Origin: Neoechinorhynchus agilis
Taxonomy: Eukaryota; Animalia; Acanthocephala
Assembly: GCA_051530055.1 (NCBI GenBank)
Contig: CM121342.1
Location: forward strand, 4,401,489-4,465,488
DNA: 64,000 nt
Reading direction: 5' to 3'
The position numbers and the translations under genes were made by a program. Positions within the stretch are counted from its first letter, which is position 1; every line of letters starts with the position of its first letter. Positions 23,369-35,372 of the stretch are shown one piece after another. A model generated the notes under the pieces. The model searched no databases and was not told where the DNA came from. It was given only the letters and a program-made list of their open reading frames with translations.

Positions 23369-25800
23369 ATGTCTTGCATGTTACAATATTACGAGGTATA
23401 CAAATCCAAGGGAAATATTTCAAACTTTAAACTGAGGTAATTTCTTTTGATTAAAATGAACCGAAATTCGTTATCTGGAAATTGGGCCCTTTTCCGTCTT
23501 TAAAGTTGTGCGCACAAGAAAGTTAAACGATCACTTTGCTAGTTTTCCTCTCGATATTGATTTAATATTATAAAGTGGAATATACACAAGTTTTTGGTAC
23601 GCTAACAAATGAAAACACTTAAATTTTAGTGTATGTATTGCTCAGATATCGGACAATTCCAATCGAACAAATCTAAGATTGCATGAATTGATAAGACGAT
23701 GGACAAATTCGAACCAAATTACAAATAACATCGTTAGTGCAGAAGTTGCAAATATTCGATGGCAGCAGGAGATCCCAAGACATTCTTCAAGCAAACAAGA
23801 TCCGTCGATTCGTAAAGTCTCAAGTTATCGGATATTCACGCACTGTAGCCTTAATCATTTTGAGCAGGTTTACATTCTACTAAGTGCCTTTGATTTATTT
23901 GAACATTTAGGACGAGCAACGTAGATTATTAGATTGTTATGGGCTAAATGACAGAAATCTGACGGACGATTTCATGATATTGATGGCCAATTTGGGCCCG
24001 AGCGATATGTAGGTATCTTTTAGATTTAAAAATGATATCATTTTGCTTGGTATTTATTGAACAATCCTTCGTAGTTTAGAGTTTCCTAAACCGTAAGCTT
24101 CACCGTTTCCCATGAAGTATCTTCTCCTAATTTGGGTGTTTCGAAATAGGACTGAAACCACCTTTAGAAAAGCATATTCGCCATCCCAATGGTTTCTCTC
24201 TTAACGACAAGGTCCATTGATCCATCATGATTTTGTAGATATCCACGAGTTTCTAACTCTTCCGACCCATTCAGGGACGCTGTAGAATTCGATAGCATCT
24301 TAGCCGTGATTTCCTATTCAAAATCGACACGATCATGGACAGTAGCGCCACCGTTCAATTGCGGTAGAGCACCATACAAAGCAAAGTATTTAAAGACAGG
24401 GAAATTCGAACGTAAGTTTTGTTAAAGCTTAAGTCGTCCGATTTTTCCAATTAGATGAGTTCTTGTATTGGATCGGAAATGGCTCTAAATGTGTTGTTGA
24501 TCAACGATCTCAATTATCGCCCATAATTAGAGAAATTCAAACTTTGACCTTAAAAGAAAATGTGAGACTTTTAGCATGCGTTGCGCATTATATCTCAAGT
24601 TATAGACTGAGCGAATAATCAATCGATTGACCGTATTAACAGAGCTTCGAACAGGTCATGATTTTCAAACTCAAAATATTCGTGTTTTCTATAAGATATG
24701 TGAAAGTCACGGCAGTAAGGCTTCGATATTTTAATATCTAAGCAATGGCATTCTATAGAATGGAAAATACTAGGAAACGGACCCAATTACGGATGGACTC
24801 AAACTGCCTTCAGATCAACAGTATGTAAAAGTTATTCGATTTTCTGGGTTTTTGTGCTATTTTATTTCCTTAAATTTTTATCGCCAAAAACTCAAAAATA
24901 ATGCCCACAATTTTTTCAAACCTTGACCGTTTTTTTTTGAAAGACGATTTGCGTGTGTTTCAAGGATGGAAGTTTGTATTTGATATCAGATTTTGATCAG
25001 TTTTATATCTTTACGAAGAGTGCAAAATAAACATTTTCAGGAAGGTCAATTTCATTTCTCATTTCCAATATCAATTGACTTTTGTCATAACAACGACGAG
25101 GACAATAGAAATTTACTGAATTTTCCGGTAATCATTTTTAAAGTAATCTCGAGAAGGAGCGCTCATCGCTATCGGCTAGAAGGATATTGCCAATTGACGA
25201 TTCCGCTAGAACCAGGTATCTGAAATTTTTTTCATTGTACCCAACGTTAATAGCGTTTGTGTCAAAGGTGAACGCACGATCGAATGTAATTGTTTCCGAA
25301 TTTCAAATAACTCGTTCAAAAACGAACTACGGCATCATTTTCTTAACACTTCAACCGAAGTCATTAGCCAAAACGCGGTTGTCGCGCTTTTGCCAGTAAA
25401 ATGGCCGCCATTCTCAAATGTAAGTAGTGAGCATTCAATCTAAGAAAATTGGGTATTGAACACAGGTCCAAAATATTCGACGTGGAATGAATACAATGTC
25501 GGCCGGTAAACTCGTGGTCGCGTTCAGTATTGTTGGACAATCTTAACGATATTATGTTTGTCCAAACAGATCTCTATTTCATTTGTGGGCACAATAAATT
25601 TGGACGAATCGTTATTTGAAGATTTGCTCTTGTTTTTGAAATGTTTAAACTTGTTAAAAAATTACCTAGAAACTTATTAAGTTGCAAAAATTTTCTAAAG
25701 CCGAACGAATCAGGTTTATAGCTAAAGAACAATGCCAATTTATTCGTGGAAGTGTACCTTCTCTGAATCGATATTCAACAACGACGGAGCTTTGTGGCTG
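23369..25800 (+). CDS. MKS1: Meckel syndrome type 1 protein (B9-domain ciliary transition-zone protein), multi-exon
   Basis: EVYKSKGNISNFKL|SVCIAQI (cf. [21 protein letters not shown]), IRWQQE, RIFTH, ILMANLGP, WTVAPPFNCGRAPY, HRYRLEGYCQLTIPLEPG (cf. QRYRVEGYGAVVLPATPG), ELRHHF; introns 23437-23629 and 23848-23910 keep the frame. Confidence 0.85.
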
Positions 25801-26146
25801 ATTGTAAATTTGATTTATTATCTAAACGTTTTTTTACAATCCATTCACAAAAATTTTTTCTTAAGAGCTTTCAAATCGCGCTCAGTCTTATAAATTTCAG
25901 GTTTAAAGGGATTTATTCTTTTTTGCCTTATTTGCCTGATAATATTTCGTTCTGCTTCAATGACTGAATTTGATTAATATCTAAATTTCTTTGTTAATTA
26001 AAACCAAGTGTGATAAAGTTTAATGAAACCGCATTTTTCAAGCTATAGTAAACATTAGAAGACAATTTAAAACATCCCGATGCTTTTCAACCCTTTACAC
26101 GTTCATGCCAAACTAATTTCATTAACCTACACAAACCGATCACGAA

Positions 26147-29100
26147 CTATTGATCAGTCATTGTGATAACTCGCTCCACTGCTTTTTTGAGAGTGATCAA
26201 GCAAACATTATTTGGGTCGAGACAAGCCCACTCGAATTCACCAGCCTGTGTGGAGCATTTAAAAGTCATTCTATAAACCGACCACGGAACCTCCTCGGAA
26301 AACAATGAGCAATCCAATCGAAAATCACTTGTGTCCCAATGGAAGTGCCACACTTCAGCGTCGATCCAAGCATCATCGGTGTTCCTGTAGTCATCCAAAT
26401 ACCCTATAGTGAATCAGTGATTTTAAACAACAAACTTTCCAACTTGGCAACCATTACCGTTGTGAACAAGACCGAATTTAAATCCAAACGATTCTAGATC
26501 ACTCTGCTCGATCACTCGAGTCATAAACTGTACAAGAAATGAATGTGTCTTAAGGTAATCGAATACAACAACCTCAATCATCTCCGATCGGTCGAAACGT
26601 CTTTGCGTCCGCTGTGATAGAATGCTATCGACTATCGACTTTGACAGTACTTGGCACAGTTCCACATAAGAAGATGAAGTCTTTTCATATTTAGAAAAGT
26701 ATGAAAAGGTAAGGAATGCAACTCACGAATGGAAGACATGTCCAATCATTCACGTTAATTAACTTATAAAATTGAACAATTGTTGTTTTTCTTGTCACAA
26801 ACAATATTTTGAACTTGTTGGCTCCAAGATTTAAGAGGCATCCTTTACCCTTGGCACCGGTTCTACCAACTGGGTTCCTAAATGAACTCGTTGTAAAAAC
26901 GAATTTTTTTCTCTTAAAAATATAAAGCAAAGGCAGTTTAAACTTTAAAAAAAGTTCTCATTGATAGTCGATTAAAGCTGTCTATGGCTCAATATGAGCA
27001 CAAGTGTTCATTTTTCAACTCTTTATTGTTTGCATACCTTTTCTGTTCGGACGAATGTTCCTCGCTTGAGGCGTGTTCGATTTCCTTAAAATATGGCCTA
27101 TTTTGGGGCCAATTTAACACGATACTTACAATCGATGATCCTGCCGGGCTTTGCCTTAAACAAAACGATCTAAATTGACGGCGTTATAATTTCTTTCAAA
27201 AAAACCCCAACTTACCCGAAAGCTGAATCGACATCAATATTCACCACTATAGGGTTGTATTGATCACCAAACTCCTAGTGATAGTGAATTCATTTTATCT
27301 TTGTTCTTTTAAAACACTAACTCACCACATCCCATGGAACCTGATCATCACGTACGTGAGTTCGATTAATTCTTGTTCCAATGTAAGGGCTGAATCGAGA
27401 CAAACCATTCAACCTCGACTTTTCTTCATGTTGATACCGTGATTCACTAGTCACTATTTCGGCAATCAATTGTCTTATAATGCTTATTGTACTGGCTTCC
27501 TCAGTGGCCGCTCGTTGTATTATATCAGACCTAATGAACGAATTGAGGTTATTTAATAAACCGACTATCTAAAAGTGATATCGAGTAGCTTTCTCGCGAT
27601 AATGTGTGATGGAAATCCGATTTCTGAACGCATTCTGTGGCTTACTTAATGTTCAATAACCGCAATCTCTGCTCATTTTTATCCTTAGATTGCGTCATCT
27701 CAAACACCTTTTCGGCCTTTAATTTCCAATATTGATTTCCTTTATCATCCTCCCATCGCGGCTGTCCCCACTCTGAAGTATCACCTCTCGTGAACTCAGA
27801 CAACATCCCAATGAATTCCTGAAATGAGTTAGAATCCGACTCAAACTTTAATGCTCCTGGGTATTGATTAGAAGACGGCAATCCTCTGATTTGCTTGTAG
27901 ATATAGGCAAATGCGGACAATACATATGAGATTAGCGATAATGGCGGAGGAAGTCTAGGTTTTCTCTCATAGTCCATAATGATCTCGTATCGATCATACA
28001 TCCAAATCTGTTCAGAAATGGCACCGACATTCCGACCTGTAATTCCAAACATTGCAGTTAACAACGAGCGTAGAAAAACGCTCGACATGTATCCATATTG
28101 CAGAACCATTACCCATGCGATCCAAGTAGATACGGAGCATCTCGGATTAGATATTCCATGAACTGTTTTGTTCAACAAATAATGATATAATTTTAAATTG
28201 TTTCACTGACCATAGTAAGTTTCCGGGTTTCCGTATAAGAAGGACAGGCCGGATGACACTACCACAAAAAAACATAGTTAATTAGTTATTTCAGAAAAAA
28301 CTCACATTTGGAACATGATCCTCTTGTAATGTTGATTTGGCATGTAGTTGGGTCAACTATGTTTTAAAAGAGATCGATCACAAAACTCTCTTTTAAATTA
28401 AACTAACTTCCTTCCAGATCACGAATATCGGTTCTGAAAAGGGCCATAACACCCCTTTTCAGGACGCGGGTCACAAGATCTTGGTTGAGAGGATGATGTG
28501 GATGTATTATGGCAGTTGCTGCCACCCCAACTGACAACATAAACACCGCAAAAATGTATAAATAGCTAACAAAGTCGTCAGTTATCTGTTTTGTTAAAAT
28601 TAGCATTTAAATCTTAATCGTTTATCAGATTCATTTACCATGTACGTGAGTTTGACCATAGCAGGTCCGAGTTTAGGGTGAATGGGGTAGTATTGGCGGA
28701 ACACTCGAAGAAAAAAGTAGACCAGAAACGTACCCATCAATGACTTCATTTTGCATGGCGATGAACCTACGTTAGACAGTACATTTAAAAGACAATTTAC
28801 TTAAAGAGCCTCATTTTTCTGCTTCGGTCTCTCCAATTGACGACCTAAAGTGCTACATTTTTTAACCAAAAATTTCGATTAAAGAAATCGACTAATTGAA
28901 ACATCAAAATCGAGCCAGGTTACAAATTTGAACGCTTTTCATCGTTTGTATTAAAAATCTACAATTTTGAGTGGAAACATTATCAACTAATTTCATACTC
29001 TCTTTTGGTGACTGCGATGCATTAACGATTTTTAAGGTTTCAAAAAACCTTTTTTTTTAAGTATATGGGATATTTTTAATCTATAAAAAAGTGCCGGCGA

Positions 29101-32100
29101 TAAATCCACATAATTAGCTTTTTGAATAAAAGAGACAATGTTAAGAGTTTTTAAGTTTTTTCTTTTTTTTCCGCTAAAAAAACTTGCAAACAATTCTGAA
29201 GAAGGCCAGCGGGCAGGCCGAAAATTCAAATTGATAAATTACAATCTTTCTTCGCCAAGTCCTACAATAAATGTGGAACTTATATTCAAGTTTTGAAAAT
29301 ATTGTAATTTTTATTTTGCTAATTGTTCGTGCAGCAGAAAAATCGGCTAAAAAGTATACAAACTTGACCATCCTTCCCATAATTCAAAGAATTTCATGTA
29401 TCCAAAGGCAGTTAGAAACGAGAACTGCATTAGAACGTCGATCACGGATAATCTCAGTGGAAGATGATTGATTGTCTTAGATTTTGTGTAGCACAAACGA
29501 GCATTTTCGAAGGTAATTGAAGCTGTCCATATCCAGAAGACGAGATCGAGCAATAGGTTTCCGCATGTTGGCCAGATTGTGACAATTGAAAACAAAATGA
29601 GATAAAGAAGATAGAAAAACTAATGAGTAGTGCACCAATAGTAGATGTAAAATGTATTTTGAGTAGCCTTACCCCATCAGTAGTGAATTTGGTTACAGGT
29701 GCACCCCAAAGTAGCATTAATTTCTTCCAAAACGGAGGAGAGGCTGCTACCCGAGAAATAAATATCGCTTTCCGTCTACTAAAGCGGCTCTAAAGAAGAA
29801 GGATTTTATAATACGAATTGCACTTGAAGTTGTACCTGCTGCTTTGAACGTTCAATCTGACCACCAAAATTCTTGTCTTCTTCATTAGTTGGAGACTGCA
29901 AGGGAACATCTTTTTCGGTATTGATCCATCTATCCATAAAACGCCTCATTCTGCTCCAAATTGATAACTTATGTTTCGGTCTAAATAACTCTCCTAAAGA
30001 TCACAGATAAAAAAATCCGAAAACAAATGACATTCTCAAACCCATTGAAATACCGTGACGCCTATCACCATACAGCCGGTCTGAACCTGTAATGAATAAT
30101 TTGCATCTAGATTTGGGTTCCATCGAATCTCCTTTTCCTATGGGTGAGAAATTGATCCAAACGTACATTGGTAATACAAGTAGAGAACAGGCGAGTATCT
30201 TAACAAAATCAGGAACGTGCCACATCTCCAATGTCGTCTCTCTCAATGTAATCCCGCCGAAATAGGTTCGGGTAATCCATTTCTGGCACGACGGATGTGC
30301 CATGAACTCCTTATTCGCAACACCATGAGCGAATTCAATTGGACTTCGATCATTCCAATCAGGATACTTGCACTGAAGACTCTCGTGAGTTATCTGCTCA
30401 TTTTCCGTGAAGCTTAGATCTAACAATTTTACCGCAAAATCAGTAAAGCGAGACGAATAACTGAGAGCGAGAGATTTTTGGTAAGATTCGTGACATTTCT
30501 CACTTGTCTCATCGATTTTCGTGCTTTTGCAATGTTCGACAAAATAAACTTTTAAATGTATTTTTCAGTTTTGCTTGATTTCCCAACGCGATTTTAACAC
30601 ACTGTAGTATAAAGATCATTTGTTTATATTTAAATTATTAACTTTCCTAATTTTCTATGAAGGGTTAATGTAATTAACTAAAAAGAGAAAATTATGTTTT
30701 AAACTTTTGAGTGTTGTGCTGCACGGATTCAAACGTGATTGATAATACAGGCATCTTTTTGTAAATCTCTTGCGATGTTTTAATTTTCGAAAGTGTCTTA
30801 AGCTATAAAATTCGTCTAAAACAATTTCTCGTCGTCAAGTACAAGATCTTTATAAAAGGAAACGAACCAGAAAATGCTTAGTCGCTTAATTTTAAAATCA
30901 AAACATGAGCGAGATTAACGCTGCGAGGACAAAAATCGATGATCTAATCGTTTATAAACGGCAGCACAGAATAAAGCCGTCAGCAATGGACTTGACGAAT
31001 GTTTCCATAGATAACGAGCCAGCTCAAACCTATTCATGAGAAGTGCATAGGCTGTTAGCATTTTTAAAGCTTCTCGTTCCCTTTCGACGATAGCTTTGTT
31101 CCTCATTTTGGAATAGCTGTCGGGTTTTCGATCTGGTCGTGGAAAATCTTCTTCTGATTTGACCATAAAAATTATCCGCGGATTTGCCCCGATGAAATTC
31201 GTATGTAGCCCAGTTAGATGCCTTATAACATCCGGGAGTTGTTCACTTATGAAATCATCGGGTAATTTGTCTTCATCCTAAATATCCAGTTTTTAGAACC
31301 ATTTTTTTGAAATTATTCCCGTTATAGAATAACAAAATTAATAAAAAAAACACATTGTAATCTTCGTGCTACTCACCCCTGTTAATCCCATAATTCCTTC
31401 GACAGTTGTAGTAATAAAGAAATCTCTATCGTACGGATCCACTTCATCTTCATACTCAAATATATACTTTAATTTCTCCTCGGTGAGATACTTGTGAATT
31501 TTATATCCGTACTCTAAGAACAAATCGACAAAAGCCTCGCGTTCTTTTGTTAAGAGGGCCAACTCAAACAGAGTGGGCGTTATGACTTTGGATTTATATC
31601 TTGAAGTATCTTCAAAAATTTCTGACTTTGCAACATTGCAATTATTAAGATCAAGAGCAAGTTTTGTATCGCAGAGAAATCCGTATTGATCTTTGTCTGT
31701 GAAGGAAATCAATGCTGCTGGCTTATGCTTGACCCTAGAGATTCTCACCTTTTTTGCCACCACCTAAATTCTCAATGTGAAATCGATAGAAACGTTTGGA
31801 AAAAATTCTGACCAACAATCCACGCCTTTACAAATTCCTTTGAGATTTTCTCGAGGTTTGTTCGAGTGCACCATACATTTGAACATCGGATTCGTCTCGT
31901 TTTCTAAATACATTTATATAAAAACGTTGGAAGTTAAAAAAGTGGACATACTGAGCATTCAGTGCCAATGTACAAGAGATCTTCCACGAGTTCGCTGTTC
32001 TGTCGATGGTAATCCGGGTCGAGTGGATTGTTTTTTGACATTATTGTTGTTCGAACATATCGTGATAGTAGACGCCGAACAAAGCCATTAATCTCACTCG

Positions 32101-35100
32101 GAGTTGGACTTAAGAAGTGCAAAATTTTAGAGAAAATAACCCATCACGATTGTAGGTGTCAACGCAAACCGATTGATTTCCGGGGAAAAACAAAGCGAAA
32201 GTGAACCCACGATCACATTTGACCGCCTTTTTTTGGTTCAACCTAATTTTGCTACATCTTGGTCAAATTGCATTGGAATTATGCTAATCATGAATTTCTA
32301 TTTTACCCAAGGATACTAACGATGTCTTGAACAAAGTAATAACAACATCGATCAAATCAGCGGCTCCCTTGGTTCCAGCTAGAAGCACCATCGCTGCTGC
32401 CTTAGTCTCAAGATGGTGGCGTACTGTCTTTATGGTTTCTGCTCCGCCACCAAAGATCACATATATTAAAGGGGTAGCTATTGGTTTATCCTTATTGTCT
32501 TCGCAATCATAGTTTTGAATAACTTGTTCTAAAGTGATGCCAGTTTTTCTTTTAAATTCAAATGAAATGTGAAGACGAACGTTTTGTTTGGAAAACGGCT
32601 ATAAATGGTCCACCAATACATTGTTCACTTTGTCCAGGAGCTATCCAATAAGCACTGACACTTAACGTGTACTCAGTGTCTGGATGGAGACCTGAAATTT
32701 GCTTTTTTAGAATATCGAATAATGAAAAAATACAACAGATTTTTAAGGGTGCAAACGAAATGTCTTTGGATTTTTAAGATGTCTAAATCAAATGTCTATA
32801 TTTCATTGCTCTTTTGCACTGGAATAATGCGTATGGTTGAAAAACTAAGATCTAGAAGCTTATTTTTTTTATTTTCGCCGTATATACATAATTAAAGTTT
32901 AGATTAAAACTTAGAAAAAGTGCCTCGTAAAGCCAATGGAGATTACGTTAGTAAATAGAAAAAACGAGAAAATCCTCTTGGTATGTCATTATAGAAAATG
33001 GCGTTTTCAACACATAAGTGAACGATTTCATTCAAATCGCAAATATTTGTGTCCTTTAATAAGACATTAGCATATAAAACGGGAAACGTAAAAGTTGCTT
33101 AAACTTCTAAAAGAAAAAATGATTGTGTTCTGCGAGTATTATGAAATGTAAACTGAACAGAATTCAATTATACCTGTAAAATGGCATCGAGTGACACAAG
33201 TTTCCAGGGCCCGAGAAGCGACCAAATTTCCATCTGAGTTGATTATCCGAATACTGTGGAACGTTGTAGGGTGGAAAGGAACAAAGGAAACTGTGACTTG
33301 ATCTGAAGACGGGACACACTCGATATCCATTGATTGGCTTGAACTCTTTATGCAATCTTTTCGTCGCATATACATTGGCAGTTTGGATGGAACGGGGACT
33401 GATTCGTTTGCTTGAGCTTAGAATGAAATGATAGATTTGCAATTAAGAAATAAACTAACAAAAAATATGCCGAATATCGATCAATAGTTTTGTTTCATCC
33501 GATCGTCCGTATAGCGTTTTGCTTTGAACAGAAAATACGATTTTCGGCTATATTAGATGCACATTTGGAGTTCGCTAAATCACTTTAGGGCTCACCGGCA
33601 TTGGAGATTTGATAAATAACTCGCAAGTAGTCGAGCGTCCTTTTGGTTTTGTTGCGATTCGTCGAGCTTCTTTTCCTTCAAAGGAAACCGAAATTTCAAA
33701 ATTCTCAAATATATCATTCAAATAAGTGTTAAAGTAGGGATTATCCCACTTGATTTTGATGATGGCATGAGACTCGTAGGTTTTTAGAGAGATAATGTCG
33801 AGTTTTCGCGGTTGAATGGCTACAAAATAGTTTCCATAGTATTTTAAGACACATAAAAACACACCTCGATGGCGATCAATCAATTGAAGACGCGGAACAG
33901 TATGGCTGAATAGATAATGTTCCAATCGACAACGAAATGCATCTACAGGATTTGCACAGCAGTCACTTGAATGCTTGGTGTCGTTTCGGACAACCACAAA
34001 AAGACTATGATTCCAGTTCAACAACCTCGGATCTTGAAAACTTTTTCTATTAATTTCAAGCCTTAGTCTCTTCGAAACCTTAGACAAGGACGAAATATCG
34101 AGTAATAGGAAACAAAAAGATATTATACCCTTGTGTATCTTGCTCCGTTGGATAAAATATCGTCTTCATTGACGAATCCGATCAGGAGAATATTTCTAAA
34201 GCGATTTATTTGTTTGCGAAGTACTTCACACCATCGATTCTGGTAATCAAATCTCTCCTAGGATGGTTGATTTCGCACATCGATTTAGTTCGAATGAGTT
34301 CAAGTTCTTACCAAATATCTTTCCGTTGATTCCCCAATAACGCGGCTTATCCCGCAATCTTGTCCGTGCGTCATTATCCACAAAGAAGTTGACTCAATCA
34401 CCTAACGAAAGAGCATTTCCATCTTTTATTTTTCCCATAATGCCGTATTCTTGGTCGATCCACCATTAAATTCTCATCATTCTTTGTACAAACAGCAATT
34501 TTCGAACCTTTACGGACTTCAGATATTTGCAAGTTCCCACAAATTTAAAAATGTTACTCTAAGGCAAGCATTTTTTGAAATCATCATTTTGAATCCGTCG
34601 CTGGGGTTTGTGAAGAATGAAAGACTAAATATGTTATCGATTACAAAAAAGAGCGACGGATTCAAAATGATGATTTCAAAAAATGCTTGCCTTAGAGTAG
34701 CATTTTTAAATTTGTGGGACCTTGCAAATATTTGAAGTCCGTAAAGGTTCGAAAATTTCTGTTTGTACAGGGAAATTAAAATTCATGGAGATCACATGAT
34801 GAGAATAATGATGGATCGACCAAGAATACATCATTAAAATTTAACTAATAACACCGTCATGAATTTGAATGCAGTCGAATTGAGAAATCAAAAAGTACAT
34901 TAAAGTAAACGGCAGATTACTCAAGAATTAAATGCGAGCGAAGAATTTGGTTTTCGCGAAGGGGCAACAACTAACCTTTTCCATGCCGACAATAAATTGT
35001 TCGGTATGATGAACAAGGCGAAATATCTTCGGATCATTAGGTCTTGTTAAAACTGACAATACCAAATTCGGTGGAAGAGCGTGCATCTCAGTCACAATTA

Positions 35101-35372
35101 ACTCAACCAATCCCCGGCAATTCGCATTAGGGGAAACTCGGACAAATCTTGGTCTCTGTAAAAAAAGATATTAATATCACATCGAAAAAAAGAGGGTTTT
35201 TGCTTACGTGAGTTTGAAGATCATCTTTAAATACGAAATCTCCAAATTCAACGCTGCGGTCCGAGAATCTAGGCGACCGCCGCCTTGTAATCACTTCTGC
35301 ATCACCTCCAGATACTTGCAAATGGTCTGCGAATTGGTCGTACCGAAGTTGGATAAGATCGTCCTGTTTTTT
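26147..35372 (-). CDS. TRPM/TRPS-type cation channel with N-terminal SLOG/MHR region, FN3-like insertion and C-terminal NUDT9-homology domain; more than 20 exons; 5'-most exon not located
   Basis: FGDFVF..RFVRVS..PNLVLSV, LWIMTHG, NHSLFVVV, PLIYVIFGGG, ALLMNRFELARYLW, FMAHPSCQKWIT, APVTKF (S1), S5/pore, WMYDRYEIIMDYERKPRLPPPLSLI (TRP box), RNPVGRTG and DDYRNTDDAW (Nudix). Confidence 0.92.
29191..29233 (+). ncRNA. Minimal type I hammerhead ribozyme motif (Penelope-type), antisense within a TRP intron
   Basis: caatt CUGAAGA A GGCC-agcgggca-GGCC GAAA AUUC aaattg: intact core, 4-bp stem II, palindromic AAUU stem III, bulged stem I. Confidence 0.7.
34445..34829. mobile_element. Foldback/MITE-like element in a TRP intron (arms 34445-34602 and 34652-34829)
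   Basis: gtattcttggtcgatcc / ggatcgaccaagaatac termini; inner arms end in gaatccgtcgct / agcgacggattc. Confidence 0.75.

Noticed and set aside
33298-33330. CUGAAGA-C-GGG-acaca-CUC-GAUA motif
   Set aside because: The GAAA core is broken and it lies antisense in a TRP coding exon.
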